Source of the DNA: Candidatus Nomurabacteria bacterium
Lineage (GTDB): Bacteria > Patescibacteriota > Minisyncoccia > Phycocordibacterales > UBA9973
Direction: 5' to 3'
Assembly: GCA_020631955.1 (NCBI GenBank)
Contig: JACKGL010000002.1
Coordinates: 13,860 to 77,859, forward strand
DNA: 64,000 bases
Shown here: piece by piece, positions 59,764-64,000 of the stretch
How the letters are laid out: each line of letters opens with the position of its first letter
How positions within the stretch are numbered: the first letter of the stretch is position 1
Translations under genes and position numbers: made by a program
Notes under the pieces: generated by a model
Told to the model about the DNA's origin: nothing
What the model saw: only the letters and a program-made list of their open reading frames with translations
The model's database searches: none

Positions 59764-60747
59764 CTAATCACATATACTTGTATCTGGTCCACCGTCTGCG
59801 GCTTCTACATAATCTTGAGACAATACCCAAAATGGTCCGATAGAAGCACTCTCTGTGCTACCCCCAGAGCTGACTGAAAGGTTGATACTGTATGTAGTAC
59901 TTAGGTTGTCAGCTGTATTTCTATACACTTTTATTTTTGGAGCAGAACTGCTGTATGGTGCAGATGTAGTCACTACCGGTGCACCACCAGCCTCACCTGC
60001 TACATATGTCACTGTCCATGTGTATGTATAGCTCCCTGTTCCACCTGTAGCGTACACAGTAGGGAAATGATTGAGATATTCGCATTCTTGAACCGCTGAA
60101 CCATAAGAGAGATTGGCAGAAAGACTGGCTCCACCTTCTTCACAAAGACTCAATACTCCACTAGAGCTGACACATATCTCTACTGGGTTTTCTTCACCGT
60201 GAGCAAGTCCTGCTAGTCTAAGAGACCCTCCATCACTAGCAATATGTAGACCTTGTTCTGGACTATCAGTACCCACTCCTATCTTCCCTCCTACAAGAAG
60301 TTTAGAAGAAGGCTGATAAGGAAGTACTCCTACAAATACTCCGTCTGTAGTAAGTACATCAGATGTGCTTCTAAGCCCTCTTGAGACAGTGGCTCCGTTT
60401 ACATCTAGTCTATAAGTATCTAAGTCGTAGTCAGACACTCCTGGTATACAACCTAGAGCTAGCCCTCCGCTTTTAGTACCACTAGCTGTATCTTTATTGA
60501 AAATATCTTTTATCTGTCCACCTGGAAAACCCGCTACAGGCTCTGCCCAAGGAGAGTCTACATAGCAGCTACCTAAATATACATCATCAGCATCTGCCAG
60601 GTCAGTGTCTGCTGTACCTACTTCTTCTACTGGAGGACCTGGATCTATATCTTCTTCACCTACAATATCAGCACTGGCTTGTCCGAGACCTATCACCAAA
60701 AGCAGTGCAAGGAAAAATATTTTTAGTGTATTAAAATCTTTTTTCAT
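59764..60747 (-). CDS. Secreted Gly/Thr/Ser-rich protein, paralog B
   Basis: The start is MKKDFNTLKIFFLALLLVIGLGQASA. Motifs are GGKIGVGTDSPEQGLHI, ICVSSSGVLSLC and GGTGSYTYTW. The ORF extends to 60765. Confidence 0.7.
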   Translation of the reverse strand: MKKDFNTLKIFFLALLLVIGLGQASADIVGEEDIDPGPPVEEVGTADTDLADADDVYLGSCYVDSPWAEPVAGFPGGQIKDIFNKDTASGTKSGGLALGCIPGVSDYDLDTYRLDVNGATVSRGLRSTSDVLTTDGVFVGVLPYQPSSKLLVGGKIGVGTDSPEQGLHIASDGGSLRLAGLAHGEENPVEICVSSSGVLSLCEEGGASLSANLSYGSAVQECEYLNHFPTVYATGGTGSYTYTWTVTYVAGEAGGAPVVTTSAPYSSSAPKIKVYRNTADNLSTTYSINLSVSSGGSTESASIGPFWVLSQDYVEAADGGPDTSICD

Positions 60748-60748
60748 A

Positions 60749-61597
60749 CTAACACTCAGTATCATAAGTTACTAATCCTGTTACTGTACCTGTGTATGTA
60801 TCACTTCTAGTGTATCCGTTGTCATCTGTCACTGAGACTGATACTGAGTAGTTGGTTATAGGAAAAGTATCTCTCTCTACTCGCACTATGACAGAAGAAG
60901 CAGAACTAGTACCTATGATAGAGTTGCCACTCGTATCACCAGTAAGAGTCCATGAGTATGTAAATGGTGACTTCCCTGAGGTGTTTGGATAAGCTGCTAT
61001 TATGGCGTCATAGTTACAGTTGTTGGCTGGCTGTGCGTCGTAGCTGTTTACAAACTCTGCACTTACTTCAAAAAGGTTTTGGCAAAGGTTGAATACCCCA
61101 TCTTCGTCAGCGCAAAGTCTAGCAGGATACACTGTACCAGGAGCTTGGTTGGCTGAAGCAAACTTTTCTATCTTAGCTGTGCCATCTATGTCAACACTAG
61201 CTTGTGCTGCTAGTGAGTAACCATTTTTAAGTGATCCATTTAAAATCAAGTTCGAGTCTGGTGAAGTAAAAGCAGAGTCTACCCAACCAACATCCAAAGT
61301 ACTAAATTCATCTGTCCCTTGTATTATAATATTTCCCTCATTAGCAAGGCCAGATGTCTTCAGGCTCCCACACACTTCAAGCGTACCTTCTCCTCCAGGA
61401 CATGTTCCGTTACCCACACGAAGACCTCCTTGTTTTACTTGGTTGGTAGTAGTGGTATTTATCGGAGCTGGAGTATTGCCTAGTGGCGGATTGTCTGAAG
61501 GTTGATTCCAAGCAGCACTAGCAAGCCCAGCAAACCCAACTATCACTAGAGCTAGGAGAAATGTTTTTATCAAGTTTTGATCATTTTTTCTCATCAT
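60749..61597 (-). CDS. Secreted Gly/Thr/Ser-rich protein, paralog A
   Basis: The signal is ..FLLALVIVGFAGLASA|AW. Motifs are AWNQPSDNPPLGNTPAPINTTTTNQVKQGGLRVG, LCADEDGVFNLC and SGKSPFTYSW. Confidence 0.7.
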   Translation of the reverse strand: MMRKNDQNLIKTFLLALVIVGFAGLASAAWNQPSDNPPLGNTPAPINTTTTNQVKQGGLRVGNGTCPGGEGTLEVCGSLKTSGLANEGNIIIQGTDEFSTLDVGWVDSAFTSPDSNLILNGSLKNGYSLAAQASVDIDGTAKIEKFASANQAPGTVYPARLCADEDGVFNLCQNLFEVSAEFVNSYDAQPANNCNYDAIIAAYPNTSGKSPFTYSWTLTGDTSGNSIIGTSSASSVIVRVERDTFPITNYSVSVSVTDDNGYTRSDTYTGTVTGLVTYDTEC

Positions 61598-61609
61598 TTG
61601 TATTATACA

Positions 61610-63580
61610 CTATCTTTCTATAATAATAGGTGGCACCCCTCTACACTCTGGTGAAGTAGATTCTGCAGTACAAAGCACAGGACATTCTTCTGTTTCTGGA
61701 TCACAAGGTTCTTCTCCTACTCCCACGTACGCATATGCAGCTATATCTGACCCTCCATAAAGTGGAGTACATCTTAGGGTAAATGTAGTAGAAGCTGTCA
61801 CTGAAACGTTTTCACTACCATCACCATCTTCACAGTCCACCGGACCAAATGATGATGAAGGTAAGGACAAAGCTTCTCCTCCTGTAGTGTTAGAAGTAGT
61901 CCAAGAAAGATTTACTGTTCCACCAGGATAAGCAAGTGTAGTAGGACTAGCAGTAAGAGTCAGAGTAGCTTCTGCATCACATTCTTCTCCGTTTGGATCG
62001 TTTGGATTGGAGTCTACACACTCTCCATCTACTACTACTGGTGCGTTGATAGCTGCACTACATGAAGAAGATGTTCCGTCAGTACTTGTTACATTTACTG
62101 TATAGACTGTTTCTGGTGCTGTGAAAGCAAGGTTGTTTGCACTACCGTTGACCGCGACTGCTCCTCCCCATGAGGCTGTAGCTGAAGTAGCGTTGGTAGA
62201 TGTCCAAGCTATGTCTACTTGTCCGTCTTCTAATGTTGCTGAAGTGATGTTACATGAAGGAGTAAGTGTACCTCTAGCTACTACTGTTTCTGCAGTGTCT
62301 ACTGCTCCGCCGACTGCTTGAGTACATTGGATTCTAAATATTGTAGGGTTGGTACCGACGTATACGTTAGGCAATGAAGCTGAAGGTGTAGTCGCATTTA
62401 TAGCTGCACGAGGTCCGTCAAATCCTGAAGGTGGTGTAGAAGGAGGAATAGTGGTACCTGTACATGAAAGATAGTTTGTTCCTGAAGGAGTAAACCATGT
62501 CAAAGTAGTTTTATATCCTCCAGTAGAAAATACAGGTGAAGGAGTAGCTTGAAGTACAAGTCTTGTTCCTGCATTACATTCTAGAGCTACTGTGACAGAA
62601 GATGAGTAAGGGTTTCCATCAGCTCCAGTACAGTTGAGAGTATAGGTGGTAGGATTGGCACTCGGTGTGACTGTGGTAGATCCTGAAGGTATAGTCACTG
62701 ATTCTCCTGTAATAATAGCGTCTGAAGAAGAAAGTGAACAAGAAGCCATGTCTTGTGTAGACCATGAAAGAGTAACTGGTTCAGTACATGTAGAAGCAGA
62801 TGAAGAAGTAAGGTTCACTTGTGGTTGGTCCATATCTACTACTACAGAATAAGTAGGACCTGAAAACTTAGTCCATCCTACTACTTCATCTCCCCAAGCA
62901 TAACCTGAAAATTGCCCTGCTCCGTAAAGATCAGGTACAGAAACGCCATAAGATGATCCTCCAAATATTCCAGAACATCCAAATATTCCACTGTTGTCAC
63001 ATGAAAGTGATATCCATCCGTCCCAATCATCACCGTGAGCCAGCACTCTAGCCCATCCTGTAATATCACCAGAAGCCAGATCTACTTTAGGAGTACATGT
63101 TCCTTCTGGACAACCTCCTTCGTTGAAAGATATCCATCCTACTTCACTACTCCAAGCATATCCACTCATGTTACCTGTAAGAGGGTCTACGTTTACTCCG
63201 TAGTTTGATCCATCATAAGGAATGTCTACTGCTACAGCTTTTTTGGTGGAAAAAACATTGGAAGCTATCTTGAAAAGATTGAACTTAGCTACTTTGTCTA
63301 CAAAAGAAATATTTTTAGGATTTTCATAGTAGGCAGCAAGCTCTCTATAGTCTTGGTATGTAGGACCGAAAGTTATATCTTCTCCTACACCTCCATCTTC
63401 TGTATCTGCTGTCAGACATGCATCGTTGTCTGTACAGTTGAAAGATATATAACCAATATTTTTAGACCAAGCTAGACCAGACACGTTGTCGCCAGAATCG
63501 GCAAAAGCCTTTCCAGTAAAAGCAAAGGCTACAAAGAGTATTAAGGCAACTAATTTAATTTTATTAAGCATATTTAACAT
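61610..63580 (-). CDS. Large secreted protein: four G(Y/L/W)AW....GWISF repeats followed by four or more Ig-like L.W.T domains
   Basis: The signal is MLNMLNKIKLVALILFVAFAFTGKAFA. The repeats are SGLAWSKNIGYISFN, SGYAWSSEVGWISFN, TGWARVL..WDGWISLS and SGYAWGDEVVGWTKFS. The later domains are VTLSWSTQDMASCSL, TTLTWFTPSGTNYLSC, VDIAWTSTNATSATAS and VNLSWTTSNTTGG. Confidence 0.7.
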   Translation of the reverse strand: MLNMLNKIKLVALILFVAFAFTGKAFADSGDNVSGLAWSKNIGYISFNCTDNDACLTADTEDGGVGEDITFGPTYQDYRELAAYYENPKNISFVDKVAKFNLFKIASNVFSTKKAVAVDIPYDGSNYGVNVDPLTGNMSGYAWSSEVGWISFNEGGCPEGTCTPKVDLASGDITGWARVLAHGDDWDGWISLSCDNSGIFGCSGIFGGSSYGVSVPDLYGAGQFSGYAWGDEVVGWTKFSGPTYSVVVDMDQPQVNLTSSSASTCTEPVTLSWSTQDMASCSLSSSDAIITGESVTIPSGSTTVTPSANPTTYTLNCTGADGNPYSSSVTVALECNAGTRLVLQATPSPVFSTGGYKTTLTWFTPSGTNYLSCTGTTIPPSTPPSGFDGPRAAINATTPSASLPNVYVGTNPTIFRIQCTQAVGGAVDTAETVVARGTLTPSCNITSATLEDGQVDIAWTSTNATSATASWGGAVAVNGSANNLAFTAPETVYTVNVTSTDGTSSSCSAAINAPVVVDGECVDSNPNDPNGEECDAEATLTLTASPTTLAYPGGTVNLSWTTSNTTGGEALSLPSSSFGPVDCEDGDGSENVSVTASTTFTLRCTPLYGGSDIAAYAYVGVGEEPCDPETEECPVLCTAESTSPECRGVPPIIIER

Positions 63581-63581
63581 A

Positions 63582-63980
63582 CTATTGTAAAAATCTCGAT
63601 ACCATATCTATTTGTTCGGCACTGGCTTCAATACCGTTGTCTTTTGCAAATTCAGCGTTGATAGCAGCTTCTTTCTCAGGATCAACTTCACTAGAAGCTA
63701 CTGCTTGGCGACTCTTTAAGAATTCGTATATTTCTGTTTTTTGTTCTAAAGTAAGTCCTTCTTGTGTGGTCTTTTTACTTTCAAGTATAAGCACTAAGAA
63801 AATAACAATAGCTGCTACTATAAGTGAAACAAAAAACATAACTCTAGCAGGAGACATTTTGTTGTTTCCTCCAGGTGTGATTATAGGTGCATCATAATGC
63901 GTTGGCTCCATTGATTGAACACTGTCCATATAAAAAATTATATCACTTTTAATGTTCACAGCACAAGACATGTACTGCAT
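63582..63980 (-). CDS. Small single-TM protein at the head of the secreted-protein operon (start uncertain)
   Basis: 132-aa ORF with a TM (VMFFVSLIVAAIVIFLVLIL). Possible internal starts are MDSVQSM and MSPARVM. Its stop is 1 nt before the next gene's start. Confidence 0.5.
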   Translation of the reverse strand: MQYMSCAVNIKSDIIFYMDSVQSMEPTHYDAPIITPGGNNKMSPARVMFFVSLIVAAIVIFLVLILESKKTTQEGLTLEQKTEIYEFLKSRQAVASSEVDPEKEAAINAEFAKDNGIEASAEQIDMVSRFLQ

Positions 63981-64000
63981 AAATATGTACTATCTGTAGT

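Noticed and set aside
58941-63580. Diversity-generating retroelement or phase-variation system acting on the paralogous secreted proteins
   Set aside because: No reverse transcriptase ORF, no template/variable repeat pair and no invertible-promoter inverted repeats were visible. The paralogs differ throughout, not in one A-biased hypervariable patch.

Overview
This is a 64-kb, gene-dense, AT-rich bacterial chromosome segment. My hand counts on single 60-nt lines give about 32% GC in typical genes. It holds roughly 60 protein genes, nearly all on the minus strand, plus a minus-strand 23S-5S rRNA operon. The 23S gene is split by a 383-nt ORF-less group I intron in the peptidyl-transferase region. 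The gene content looks like a Candidate Phyla Radiation / Patescibacteria (Parcubacteria-like) genome: type IV pilus PilB/PilC with very large pseudopilins, ComEC, RecJ, a short hinge-less SMC, SecDF, a SEDS protein, UppP, FolD, Pgk/TpiA, GH130 phosphorylases, many small orphan exported proteins, an rRNA intron, and a 23S-5S unit with no 16S nearby. That placement is inference from gene content, not a search result. The standard genetic code fits, because long ORFs are uninterrupted. Positions 1-51 kb are mostly housekeeping. They also contain a mannoside-phosphorolysis-like cluster (7.6-12.7 kb), a repeat-flanked array of small exported-protein genes next to the rRNA operon (20.6-23.1 kb), and a tiny GC-rich foreign-looking gene (27.2-27.55 kb). 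Positions 51.4-64 kb look accessory. That block holds a minimal SET-domain gene whose 3' end is duplicated as 46-bp direct repeats around a single-gene insert, and a plus-strand three-gene operon (repeat/kinase-like protein, HAD hydrolase, EPSP-synthase-like::SHMT-like fusion). It also holds a GC-richer gene with a Bacteroidota-type T9SS C-terminal sorting domain and a five-gene operon of Gly/Thr/Ser-rich secreted proteins. I saw no CRISPR array, integrase, transposase, reverse transcriptase, phage structural genes or recognisable defence system. The best candidates for something undescribed are (i) the 53.4-57.4 kb operon with the AroA-like::SHMT-like fusion, (ii) the 58.9-64 kb secreted-protein operon, (iii) the direct-repeat-bounded single-gene insert at the SET gene, and (iv) the promoter/leader-sharing cassette array. 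All functional calls rest on motifs recognised by eye, and no database search was possible.
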